Of a DNA stretch of 64,000 nt, positions 18,948 to 27,901 are shown in pieces. This DNA comes from a virus: the IMG/VR virus record IMGVR_UViG_3300025151_008277, positions 1 through 64,000 of that record; one strand, written 5' to 3'. The position numbers and the translations under genes were made by a program. Positions within the stretch are counted from its first letter, which is position 1. Each line of letters starts with the position of its first letter. The notes under the pieces are model-generated. The model saw only the letters and a program-made list of their open reading frames with translations. It ran no database searches and had not been told where the DNA came from.

Positions 18948-19435
18948 TACTTATCTTTCTTATCTGAAGAACCGAATCCTTGATCTCCGCGATTAGTATC
19001 AGTCACTTCTTCAGACCATTCACATGAAACCTGCACTAGCGGATATACTACAAATTGAGCTACAGCTTTACCTTTCTCAATCTTAACATCCACATTACTG
19101 AAGTTATATAGCTTTACTGCAAGGTCTCCTCTATATTGGTTATCAATAACACCAAGGTGAGGTTGAATGTTATGCTTAAATCCAAGACCAGACCGTGGTT
19201 CAATTTTAAACCAATAACCAGGTGAGATATCAGCAACTGTTACACCTACTGGGGCGATGCAAGATCCGCCACCAGGGACAGTAACATCTTCAACACAAAA
19301 AAGATCATACCCTGAATCACCAGTAGCCCAACCATCATTATTAACTTTAGGTAGAATGGCATCTTCATGAGTCTTTAAAAATTTTACTTTTATAGCAGGT
19401 TTATCTACAATATTCCAATTCACATTTTCGCTCAT
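18947..19435 (-). CDS. dut: trimeric dUTPase
   Basis: SGYDL, PRSG, GVIDNQYRG, RGDQGFGSS. Confidence 0.95.
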   Translation of the reverse strand: MSENVNWNIVDKPAIKVKFLKTHEDAILPKVNNDGWATGDSGYDLFCVEDVTVPGGGSCIAPVGVTVADISPGYWFKIEPRSGLGFKHNIQPHLGVIDNQYRGDLAVKLYNFSNVDVKIEKGKAVAQFVVYPLVQVSCEWSEEVTDTNRGDQGFGSSDKKDK

Positions 19436-19441
19436 ACCCGT

Positions 19442-19469
19442 ATGATATATCTATTCCGATTTTAATCAA
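19442..19469 (-). promoter_or_regulatory. sigma70-type promoter for dut-gp44, leaderless
   Basis: Minus strand TTGATT-16 nt-TATCAT, ATG 6 nt downstream. Confidence 0.6.
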
Positions 19470-19503
19470 GGTTTAATTATCGGAAACATTGATAAATAAT
19501 CCT

Positions 19504-19956
19504 ATGGAAGAAGCTAATGATATTATAGAGCAGCTTAAAAATATTCCAAAAGAAGCTAAGCAAGCTACAGCTAAGCCGCAAATGGAGCCGTTAGAGAAAG
19601 AAGAAGTCGAGCAATTTATTATTGACAAATCTTCTAAACTAATTAGCGATAGTATGGAAATGATCGAGAATATGAAAGAAGTTGTCTTTCATGTGCCTGA
19701 TGCAGATAATGTTTCTTCTTTAGCTGAATTAATAAAAGCATCAACAGGTGCTATTGAAACTCTAAACAAATTAGTTACTCAGGATAAAAAATCTCAAACT
19801 CAAATACAAGTTAAACAATTAGATATACAATCTAAAAAAATGCTTCAAGATAGTGAGCAAGATCATAAGCTTAAATTATCTAGAGAAGATATACTAAAAA
19901 ACTTAATTGATGGAAAAGATGTAATTGAAGTTCCTGGAGAGGAATTAACTGAGTAG
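19504..19956 (+). CDS. helical late protein, possible terminase small subunit (gp16-like)
   Basis: GATAAATA box then ATG 19504; SLAELIKASTGAIETLNKL and C-terminal SREDILKNL resemble gp16 layout (weak). Confidence 0.5.
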   Translation: MEEANDIIEQLKNIPKEAKQATAKPQMEPLEKEEVEQFIIDKSSKLISDSMEMIENMKEVVFHVPDADNVSSLAELIKASTGAIETLNKLVTQDKKSQTQIQVKQLDIQSKKMLQDSEQDHKLKLSREDILKNLIDGKDVIEVPGEELTE

Positions 19957-20775
19957 ATTTTTAGTAGAAGCCTTTTTAGATTTTTGAATCTTGTCTCCTT
20001 TAAGGTCAACTTTAATTGTTGTACCTTCTACATCTTTATCAAATTCTACCTTAATAACTTCTTGTAAATTGTTTAGTTTATAATTAGATAAGAACAAAAA
20101 CGACTCGAATGCTCCATCTAATTTATCAGCTACAATTTCATATAGGGTAGTTTTGTTTTCTGCTATTCTATTTATATGAGTAAAATCAGTTACTAAATCC
20201 CCGCCATGAGCAACTCCAGGAGAAGATGGTTGTACTATCTGTGATATATTTTGATTGAACAAGCTATTCACTTTAGTGCTCAGTTGAGATACATTAGCTT
20301 TATAATTTAAATTTAATTTAGCATCAAGTATATGATTGTAAGGTAGAGGTGTGTTACTCTCTAACTCAACATCAAACATTGGAGTATATCTACTATCTAC
20401 AACTAAGTCTTGATCTAAAATATTCGCTAAACTATCACTTAAAGTCTGTAATGATGTTTCTTCTATATTGACGCTACCTTTTAAATCTTCTAATACTTTA
20501 GGGTTTGCATTAGCTAACCTACGCATCCAAAATAAAACAAACTCAGGTTCTAAATCTTCAAACTTAGATATATTATTTTTCCAAAAGTTTACTTCACTTG
20601 TAATAGGATCATTTTTTGTTTTAGTGTTTTCATACTCTACATATAATTCAAAATGATCTTTATATACATTGAAAGGATTATTAGTCGCAACATTAGCTAA
20701 TTGAGCACTAGCAGTACTTTCTAGTTTTGTACTTACTAGTTCTTCTTTTAATGTTTTTGCTGGTGTTAAGCTCAT
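19945..20775 (-). CDS. hypothetical tail/baseplate-region protein
   Basis: 276-aa ORF overlapping hub gene stop. Confidence 0.7.
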   Translation of the reverse strand: MSLTPAKTLKEELVSTKLESTASAQLANVATNNPFNVYKDHFELYVEYENTKTKNDPITSEVNFWKNNISKFEDLEPEFVLFWMRRLANANPKVLEDLKGSVNIEETSLQTLSDSLANILDQDLVVDSRYTPMFDVELESNTPLPYNHILDAKLNLNYKANVSQLSTKVNSLFNQNISQIVQPSSPGVAHGGDLVTDFTHINRIAENKTTLYEIVADKLDGAFESFLFLSNYKLNNLQEVIKVEFDKDVEGTTIKVDLKGDKIQKSKKASTKNLLS

Positions 20776-22214
20776 ACTGTATATGGTTTAGTTGCGATTA
20801 CGTTACTGATATATTCTGTATTATTAATTATATGTTGAGTGTCAAGAATAAAATAACATCCTTGTAATTTTCTTTCAAATTTAGAATCTATATTAGTCTC
20901 TCTAATTACATTTATAAATTTACCAGATCTTAAATTTATATTACCGTTAGTTTCTAATTCTATATTACTAGAAAGATACAACATGTTCTTGATTAATTCA
21001 TTCCTACCTTCATAACGAGCTATACTCTCATCAGAAGTACTATACATTGTAGTAAATAAATTTCTGTTTAGTACATTTTCTCCAGGTTCAAAAGATATGT
21101 GAGCATTTTTAGCTGGTACATTAGTTAAAAAGTTTTTATTAAAATAATCTATACTGTTTTTTATATCTCCTTCTTTTTTATAGAAGTTGAATTTTTTATC
21201 TTTAAAACTGTAGTTAACTACATTAGTGGATCTCAAGCGCTCTAAACTACTTGTAGCAGAAAAGTTAAGATAATTAAATTTACGTACTGGGAAATTAGAA
21301 ATTAACGGAGATATATTTTTATTAGGTTTTCTATAATCATTACCAGCTTCGTTTTGTTCAGTAGGAAGTTCATAGCTACCTACTAACTCTGACCCAATAG
21401 CTTTGTTTCTTTGTATACCGTTAAAAATATCTTTTATACTTAAAAAGTTAAGCTTACCGAATTTATCTTCTCTCAATAAACACATATCACTATTTTTTTC
21501 AGATACGTGATTTTCAATAATATAATCTATGATATGCATTGGTGTGGTATCAATAGATGAAGAATAAAATAGTTTTGATAGGCCTCTATCCCATCGATCA
21601 GGATTAATTACGCTTTTACTTACGAATGTTTCTATAACGTTTTTTAAAGCATCGCCTGTGTAAACCGCTCTTTCGTCATCGCTTAACTGTGAAAAATCTC
21701 CTTTATCAGATAAAACTTGATTAGTACTCCATTGTTTTGTAGGGTATGATAATTCGCGGAATTTAACATCCATTAACTCAAATAGTTTATACTTAACACC
21801 ATCCTCTTCAAACTCTTCTTCGTCTTTTATAAAACAAGGAAGCTCTAAGAGATAAGGAAATTGATCTTTTTCGGACAACGGACCTGTTTGTAAATCAGGT
21901 TTGAACTTTATTAAAACAAATTCATCACTATTTCCCTTAAATTCAAACTGTAAATTATCAGGGTTTACATCGGTAGGTGTTGTAACTAAGTTACTTTCAA
22001 TTTGATTGTTATTATTTTTTAATACAAGAGTAATAGAGAGAAATGGGTTGTAGATGCTATCTCTAAACTCTAGTTGTTTGAAAACATTAGGCTGTACTTT
22101 AAAAAATCCATCAGAGTTTACAAAGAAGATATCCAGGACATACTTAGACCCGCCAACCTCTATTGTAACATCTCTGTTTTCAACACTTGGATTTTTTGAT
22201 ATATTAGGTTGCAT
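20772..22214 (-). CDS. putative baseplate hub protein (gp27-like)
   Basis: C-terminal GNINLRSGKFINV...LQGCYFILDTQHII pattern; synteny after gp53. Confidence 0.6.
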   Translation of the reverse strand: MQPNISKNPSVENRDVTIEVGGSKYVLDIFFVNSDGFFKVQPNVFKQLEFRDSIYNPFLSITLVLKNNNNQIESNLVTTPTDVNPDNLQFEFKGNSDEFVLIKFKPDLQTGPLSEKDQFPYLLELPCFIKDEEEFEEDGVKYKLFELMDVKFRELSYPTKQWSTNQVLSDKGDFSQLSDDERAVYTGDALKNVIETFVSKSVINPDRWDRGLSKLFYSSSIDTTPMHIIDYIIENHVSEKNSDMCLLREDKFGKLNFLSIKDIFNGIQRNKAIGSELVGSYELPTEQNEAGNDYRKPNKNISPLISNFPVRKFNYLNFSATSSLERLRSTNVVNYSFKDKKFNFYKKEGDIKNSIDYFNKNFLTNVPAKNAHISFEPGENVLNRNLFTTMYSTSDESIARYEGRNELIKNMLYLSSNIELETNGNINLRSGKFINVIRETNIDSKFERKLQGCYFILDTQHIINNTEYISNVIATKPYTV

Positions 22215-22585
22215 TATTGTTTAAGATTTTCTTCAATCGCAGCTAATACCTTATTCACAGCATCACTAGTTAAAATTTTTAATTTTGTACCAGGAGTAAT
22301 ATTGGTAATAGGGTTTTTAATTTCATTAACTAAACAAATCAACCACCATAAATCCTGAGTACCATAATACTGATTACTCAACGTAGTGTATGGTATGTTT
22401 ATAGAAACTATTACTTCATGAAATAGTCTACTATCAATATTTTCCGGAATGTTTATTTTCTTTAAAATATTATAAAAATAATAATTATTATTTTTTGCTA
22501 CCTGAAAAATATTTTCATAACGAGTATATTTTATATTAACTAACTCGTCAATTTCATTACGATATTTTTGTAAGTCTTCTATCAT
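22214..22585 (-). CDS. gp53: baseplate wedge protein (gp53-like, LysM-like)
   Basis: LSNQYYGTQDLWWLICLVNEIKNP...PGTKLKI. Confidence 0.85.
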   Translation of the reverse strand: MIEDLQKYRNEIDELVNIKYTRYENIFQVAKNNNYYFYNILKKINIPENIDSRLFHEVIVSINIPYTTLSNQYYGTQDLWWLICLVNEIKNPITNITPGTKLKILTSDAVNKVLAAIEENLKQ

Positions 22586-22591
22586 ATTATT

Positions 22592-23638
22592 TTAATCTGT
22601 TTCAAGAGTAAAACTTACTTTAGGATCATAACTCTCATAAAATAAGTTTTTTGACTCTGGTAGTAATGAAGTTATCTTTAAATTTAATTCAAATACTTCA
22701 GGTATTAAAGTTTTTACTGATTTAGTTTCACTGTTAAGTTGAAAGGTTACTATCTTTTCCTTTCTTACTCCGTGACATTTAACCTGTAGCTCTGGAATAT
22801 AGCAATACGGTAAGTAATGAAGACCTTCCATTCTCAATTCATACAAAGCTGATGGCTGAGCTAAAAACCTGTTAAATCTATTAGGTAGATTTTGATATAC
22901 TAATAAAAATATAAGCTGCCAGTTTTGCTGCCAGCTTGGTGCTTGACCGTCTTGATTTACATCTTTAGTATTATCAAGAAATATTGTAGTACTAATCGTC
23001 GGACCGACTTCTGGGTACTTATAGCTTTTTGCGGCCTCCATACTAAATCCTTCGACAATTGCTTTAGTGAAAGAGAAAAAATTCTTAGCTAAACCTTCAA
23101 GCATGCCTTCGCCCCATTGAGATTGTGTAGCCTTCCATTCATCTTGTAGGTAAGGTATACTATATATAAACCCTGAATCTTTAGTTCCGTATATATTATA
23201 ATAACTTTGCAGATGCTTCGGTGTTGGATTCTTTGCATCACTGTTACGTAAGTCTACAGCTTTCGCACCTTTGTCTAATGCATCTTGAAAGCTATCAGCA
23301 CCTCTTTTAATATAATCTCCTACGATAGGTATATTAGCACCAACATTACCTATAGCTTTTGTAGCTATTTCAGTAGTATCAACATAAACATTAGCAGCAT
23401 ACGCTAAATTGCTTATAAAAGAACTTCTGTTTACATATCGTTCTCTTAATCGCATTTTAGGTACATTTACTCTACCCTCTTTCAATGTTTTAGTCCATTT
23501 AAAATCATTAACTACATCTATAGTTTTTTCTTTACCATTAATAGGCTTAGCTAATGGAGCGTTATTAATCGCAGTTTTAAACGTCATACCATCAGGGTAT
23601 GAAAGAGGCTGTTCATCATCTAATTTAAAAATATTCAT
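22592..23638 (-). CDS. putative baseplate/tail-tube cap protein (gp48-like)
   Basis: Position in tail module; C-terminal YLPYCYIPELQV...IPEVFELNL pattern. Confidence 0.5.
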   Translation of the reverse strand: MNIFKLDDEQPLSYPDGMTFKTAINNAPLAKPINGKEKTIDVVNDFKWTKTLKEGRVNVPKMRLRERYVNRSSFISNLAYAANVYVDTTEIATKAIGNVGANIPIVGDYIKRGADSFQDALDKGAKAVDLRNSDAKNPTPKHLQSYYNIYGTKDSGFIYSIPYLQDEWKATQSQWGEGMLEGLAKNFFSFTKAIVEGFSMEAAKSYKYPEVGPTISTTIFLDNTKDVNQDGQAPSWQQNWQLIFLLVYQNLPNRFNRFLAQPSALYELRMEGLHYLPYCYIPELQVKCHGVRKEKIVTFQLNSETKSVKTLIPEVFELNLKITSLLPESKNLFYESYDPKVSFTLETD

Positions 23639-23641
23639 ATA

Positions 23642-25114
23642 TTACTTTCTTACTTTGCCTCCGTTGCTATAGCTTTGGGTCGGAGCTGGTTCAGTATTAT
23701 TGATAACAGTAGTACCGAGATCTTTCTTATCTATTGTATTAATAAGAAGCTCGAAGCTTTGATTTAGTTTTTGACTTTGTTGATTATTTTCCTCTAAAGA
23801 TTTATTATGGCGTTCCAACATTTCATCGCTTACTACGCCTTCAATTTTTACCGGTGGTAAATTATTATAAATTGTACCGCCTTGGAAATCATAAGGAGTG
23901 AGTTCTTTAATTTCAACAGGTAGAGGTTGTTCTTCCTCTCCACCAAAAAAACCTGTTACTCCATCCCAAATACTACCAGCTGTTTCTTTTACAGTATCAG
24001 CGACTCCTCCAGCGAAGTCCAAAACAGCAGTTATTTTTTCTTTTATAAAATCAATAACACCACCGAACATCTCGACGAGAGATTCTTTTATACCATCAGT
24101 AACAATTTTAAATCCTTCTTTAGTATCTTCCCACCACACAGACGGTGTGGGAGGATCACCCCAGTAGTTTGATACCTCTGTAGATAGATTAGCTATTTCG
24201 TCAGTATATTTTTTTAATCCCGGAAATAACTCTCCTATATAATTCGAACTCTCTGCTATTTTACCTGCAAAATCACTTGCTGATGTAGATATAATATACC
24301 ACCAGTCATCCGGTTGAGGCGGGTTATTCCAAAAATCTATTACAGCTTGTTTAGTATTATTAAATGCGGTTTTGAGCTCTCCGACTAATATGTTAAAACC
24401 TTCTTTGGTATCAGCCCACCATTGTTTTACAACACCTGTAAGGTCTTTAAACATTTCTATCATGGCGAACAGACGAACACCCAGAAATGCAATTGCTCCT
24501 GAGATTAAAAATCCTATAGCTCCTTGTAATAATTTAAATGCCTTGAGTAATATATTTGCTGCTATACCAATCGGTCCAAGAGCTCTCATTATTATTGGCA
24601 TGAATTTAGCAATCTTACCCACCAGACCTCCAAGGCCGCCAAGTGCTCTTCCCATACCACCGGTAGCTTTGGCACGTAACCCTGTTTGAGTAGCTGCCTT
24701 CGCTGCATATTGTTGAGATTTAGCTTGTAGATTAGCCATGACAGGAGCAAGACCAGCAGCTATACTTTTACCTGTTTCTCCTCTTTCGCGATCATCTTTT
24801 AAAAATTTACCTATGATAGGAATACTTTCTTGTCCTTTGGTAATCGCGTCAGCTTTTTGTTTCGCCTCTTGTGCCTTGGCATCTTCGGCTTTCTTTTGCT
24901 CAAGACCAGATTGTCTTTTTTTAGCTGCTTTTTCAGCATCTTCAGCTAGTTTAAGTTGAGCAGACTGAACATTAACTATACTCTTAAGAGAATCTGTGAG
25001 TTGTTGAGTCAGAGACTCCTGTCTCTTAGAGCTTTCGCTTACGTTATCACTAAGAGCAGTAAAATTCTTCCCAAGTATGTTTAAAACATTTACAATTGCA
25101 GCGTCGTCAGCCAT
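23642..25114 (-). CDS. putative tape-measure/hub protein (gp29-like)
   Basis: Coiled coil, Gly/Ala-rich hydrophobic middle, periodic Trp repeats (WWADTKEGF/WWEDTKEGF). Confidence 0.7.
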   Translation of the reverse strand: MADDAAIVNVLNILGKNFTALSDNVSESSKRQESLTQQLTDSLKSIVNVQSAQLKLAEDAEKAAKKRQSGLEQKKAEDAKAQEAKQKADAITKGQESIPIIGKFLKDDRERGETGKSIAAGLAPVMANLQAKSQQYAAKAATQTGLRAKATGGMGRALGGLGGLVGKIAKFMPIIMRALGPIGIAANILLKAFKLLQGAIGFLISGAIAFLGVRLFAMIEMFKDLTGVVKQWWADTKEGFNILVGELKTAFNNTKQAVIDFWNNPPQPDDWWYIISTSASDFAGKIAESSNYIGELFPGLKKYTDEIANLSTEVSNYWGDPPTPSVWWEDTKEGFKIVTDGIKESLVEMFGGVIDFIKEKITAVLDFAGGVADTVKETAGSIWDGVTGFFGGEEEQPLPVEIKELTPYDFQGGTIYNNLPPVKIEGVVSDEMLERHNKSLEENNQQSQKLNQSFELLINTIDKKDLGTTVINNTEPAPTQSYSNGGKVRK

Positions 25115-25126
25115 TGTAATTATTTA

Positions 25127-25816
25127 TCAAATACTCACAAATATAGTCGGGTCTTGCTCAATATCGTTATCTTTTTGTGTGTCCTTAATCTTAGAAGAAA
25201 TATTAGAGTTTATATAGTCTATTAATTTACTGCACGTAGACACTGGGAGAGAAGTGTAGACCTTATATATAGAGTTAATATCTGTATCAGATACATCTAT
25301 AGATAAACTTTCATCGTTATTAATAGTAATTGTCTTTACAAACCTAAAAATATCACAGAAAGCATACTCTACAATTTTGAGTTCTTTCTTATTATTAAAG
25401 AACTTAATAAATGAGTTTTCAGTTTTTACAGAAGGAGCATCTAGAGCAAATTTAAAATCAAAACCATCTTCACTATTCTCAAAAGCACTAGGGATGTCTA
25501 GCTTTGGTATATCATTTAAAATATCAGTATATTTGTCTTCGTTATTTAATTTATTAGCTACACTGTACAAATAAAAGTGTTTGTCTAAAATATTGATCTC
25601 ATTGCCGATGCTAGAAGTGATATAATTATTAATATATTTTCTATATGAAAGTATAGCTGCTTGTTCTGAGTCATACTTTTCGAATAACTGAATTATCTCT
25701 TCTTGAAATTTGAACTTTGGTTTGGATAATTTAACTTCTTTTTTACTAAAAGGAAGAGTAATTGTATCTTCTTGTTTTTTAGATAATTCGGTTAAAATTA
25801 AATTTACATTACTCAT
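25127..25816 (-). CDS. baseplate hub assembly protein (gp26-like)
   Basis: ITLPFSKKEVKL start, NILDK motif, synteny. Confidence 0.55.
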   Translation of the reverse strand: MSNVNLILTELSKKQEDTITLPFSKKEVKLSKPKFKFQEEIIQLFEKYDSEQAAILSYRKYINNYITSSIGNEINILDKHFYLYSVANKLNNEDKYTDILNDIPKLDIPSAFENSEDGFDFKFALDAPSVKTENSFIKFFNNKKELKIVEYAFCDIFRFVKTITINNDESLSIDVSDTDINSIYKVYTSLPVSTCSKLIDYINSNISSKIKDTQKDNDIEQDPTIFVSI

Positions 25817-26528
25817 TTTTATTATTTACTTCGTTTTCTTCATTTACAATCTTGTTACCAATTTTAATTAATTTTAATACATCGAAGAATTCTATATTTT
25901 TAAAATCAGTATATGTAAAGTGGAAATGTCTCATTAACGATAGAAGTATTTCATTTAAGTTCTCTGTATTATAATGAAAGTTATCTATAATAAATTTTAC
26001 TAAATTTTCAAAAGTAAGTTTTTCGTCTATTACATTAAACTTTATATACTGAAAAGAACATATCTTATTAATATACCTATCAAAAGCTATCTTGAGTTTG
26101 TTAAAGTCTTGTAAATCTATAACCTCAAGTATTTGTTCTACATCTCTTATATTATAAGAATTAACATCTATCCATTCCTCTTTAACTTGTATTTGTTTAA
26201 TAATACTAGCAACATTAACGTTATTATTCTTAATAGATAGAACATTAGGATAGTTTATTTTGTAACTATTATTACCATGTAGAACATCATCCTTTTCAGG
26301 TCGTACTACGAGAAAGTTTTCTGGTTCAAGATTTAAATTATAAGTTCTACCTTTTAGAGTTCGTGTGACTTTGTATACTGGATCAGAGAGAAATATTTCG
26401 TACTTAATTTTTTCTATTAAATCTATACAACAATAGGGTTTGTATTCATTATTAATAGTATAAAATACGTTATCAAAATCTTGTAATGTTATTTGTTTTG
26501 ATAAATTTAAAACACTAAGAAAATTCAT
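25809..26528 (-). CDS. hypothetical baseplate assembly protein (gp26/gp51-like)
   Basis: C-terminal LMRHFHFTYTDFKNI resembles gp51; synteny. Confidence 0.45.
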   Translation of the reverse strand: MNFLSVLNLSKQITLQDFDNVFYTINNEYKPYCCIDLIEKIKYEIFLSDPVYKVTRTLKGRTYNLNLEPENFLVVRPEKDDVLHGNNSYKINYPNVLSIKNNNVNVASIIKQIQVKEEWIDVNSYNIRDVEQILEVIDLQDFNKLKIAFDRYINKICSFQYIKFNVIDEKLTFENLVKFIIDNFHYNTENLNEILLSLMRHFHFTYTDFKNIEFFDVLKLIKIGNKIVNEENEVNNKNE

Positions 26529-27232
26529 TTCTTAGGTAATTTTATATCATACCTATCAAAAGTCCATCTAATTTCTTTATTAATTAAAGATGGTTCGTCT
26601 GCATATGTTTGTATACCCTCTGCGGCTACATCATATGGAAGGCAGTTATAAAAAGTATATACTTTGCGTATAGAAGGAGTACCTGTATTACTAAAGAAGT
26701 TAAAAAATCCTGACTTAGAGGATCTTTCAAGATATAATATTTCTAAGTTAGTATGTAGATTAGTATCTGAAAAACCACCATCTCGAGCTACCATTCTAAC
26801 CCATGGCTTAAAAATAAAATCAGCTACACTTACTACGTTCTCTATAAACTGAGTACTTAGATCTGTGGGATCAAAATTTCTATTTTTATTAAAAGAAATA
26901 GGTAGGTAACCGTTTACTTGATTACCTACCTTATCTACAGCTATTGTTTCTGTATTTACATTAATACCGTTACAAACTGCGAATCCAGTATTGGTACTTA
27001 TTTTTGCATCTTTAAATAAGTTCGCAGCTGCATTAATATTAGTTTTTCCATCACTGGGTGACTCGCCTAGAGTATCATGAACTTCATCTGAGATTGCCGA
27101 TGGAATATCAAACTTAACTATAAACAGGTTGGGTATGGGTATGGTAGTCTCCAGCTGGTTTAGCAGCTGAAAGAAGTTACCTGTCAACGACCCGCCATTC
27201 TGCAAATCAAGTTCTGATAGCTCTATAGGCAT
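26525..27232 (-). CDS. tail-tube-like protein (gp54-like initiator)
   Basis: IFKPWV...YTFYNCLPYDV tail-tube fold motifs next to gp19. Confidence 0.6.
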   Translation of the reverse strand: MPIELSELDLQNGGSLTGNFFQLLNQLETTIPIPNLFIVKFDIPSAISDEVHDTLGESPSDGKTNINAAANLFKDAKISTNTGFAVCNGINVNTETIAVDKVGNQVNGYLPISFNKNRNFDPTDLSTQFIENVVSVADFIFKPWVRMVARDGGFSDTNLHTNLEILYLERSSKSGFFNFFSNTGTPSIRKVYTFYNCLPYDVAAEGIQTYADEPSLINKEIRWTFDRYDIKLPKK

Positions 27233-27235
27233 ACA

Positions 27236-27814
27236 TTATGAGAAAAGCGCGCCGACTTTATTAACTACTTGACCAATCTCGTTATCTCTGCGGAAGAACT
27301 GATAAGCGAACCCAGCTTGGAAAGTAACAATCTCTCCTGCATTTGTCATATCATATTCTAAGTCACCAGCAGTAACAGGGAATACACCAAATAGTTTATA
27401 AGTACGTAACACTTCAAATTGAGTATCTAATTGAGCTAATGTAATTGTACTATTGTTATGTAATATACCATCACCAGTAGTAGTTGCATCACTGAATGTT
27501 TCTTCAATCCAGTTTTCCATTTTAATTCTTGTAGAGTTCTGAGCGTCTGCATAGAACTGAATATTAAATGCTTCTGAATTGTTGTAAGAAACAGTACTAG
27601 GTACTCTAAAGGTAAATCCGTTATATGGAACTTCTTGAGCTCCGATAGTTTTACCTGGTAGAGTTGCTGTTGTTGCGTACACTAACTCTGTCTCATCGAA
27701 TACTGATGCGCCTTTATTAGAAACATCAAGAATCCTAAACTGATACTTTCTTGCAAAATCTCTCGATTGAGCTACTTTGTAGAAGTCCTGTATTGTTTGT
27801 TTGATATCTGCCAT
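27236..27814 (-). CDS. gp19: tail tube protein (gp19-like)
   Basis: ATLPG, VPYNG, LRTYKLFGVFP, FAYQFF; TATAAATA box upstream of ATG 27814. Confidence 0.9.
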   Translation of the reverse strand: MADIKQTIQDFYKVAQSRDFARKYQFRILDVSNKGASVFDETELVYATTATLPGKTIGAQEVPYNGFTFRVPSTVSYNNSEAFNIQFYADAQNSTRIKMENWIEETFSDATTTGDGILHNNSTITLAQLDTQFEVLRTYKLFGVFPVTAGDLEYDMTNAGEIVTFQAGFAYQFFRRDNEIGQVVNKVGALFS

Positions 27815-27850
27815 ACTGTAAATATTTATATCTAAAACACGCAATTAAGT

Positions 27851-27880
27851 AAAAAAAAGAGCCCGAAATACATCGGGCTC
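27851..27880 (-). terminator. intrinsic terminator after tail sheath gene
   Basis: Minus strand GAGCCCGA-loop-TCGGGCTC-TTTTTTTT. Confidence 0.9.
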
Positions 27881-27901
27881 CGTGTTTATGAATACTATAA
27901 C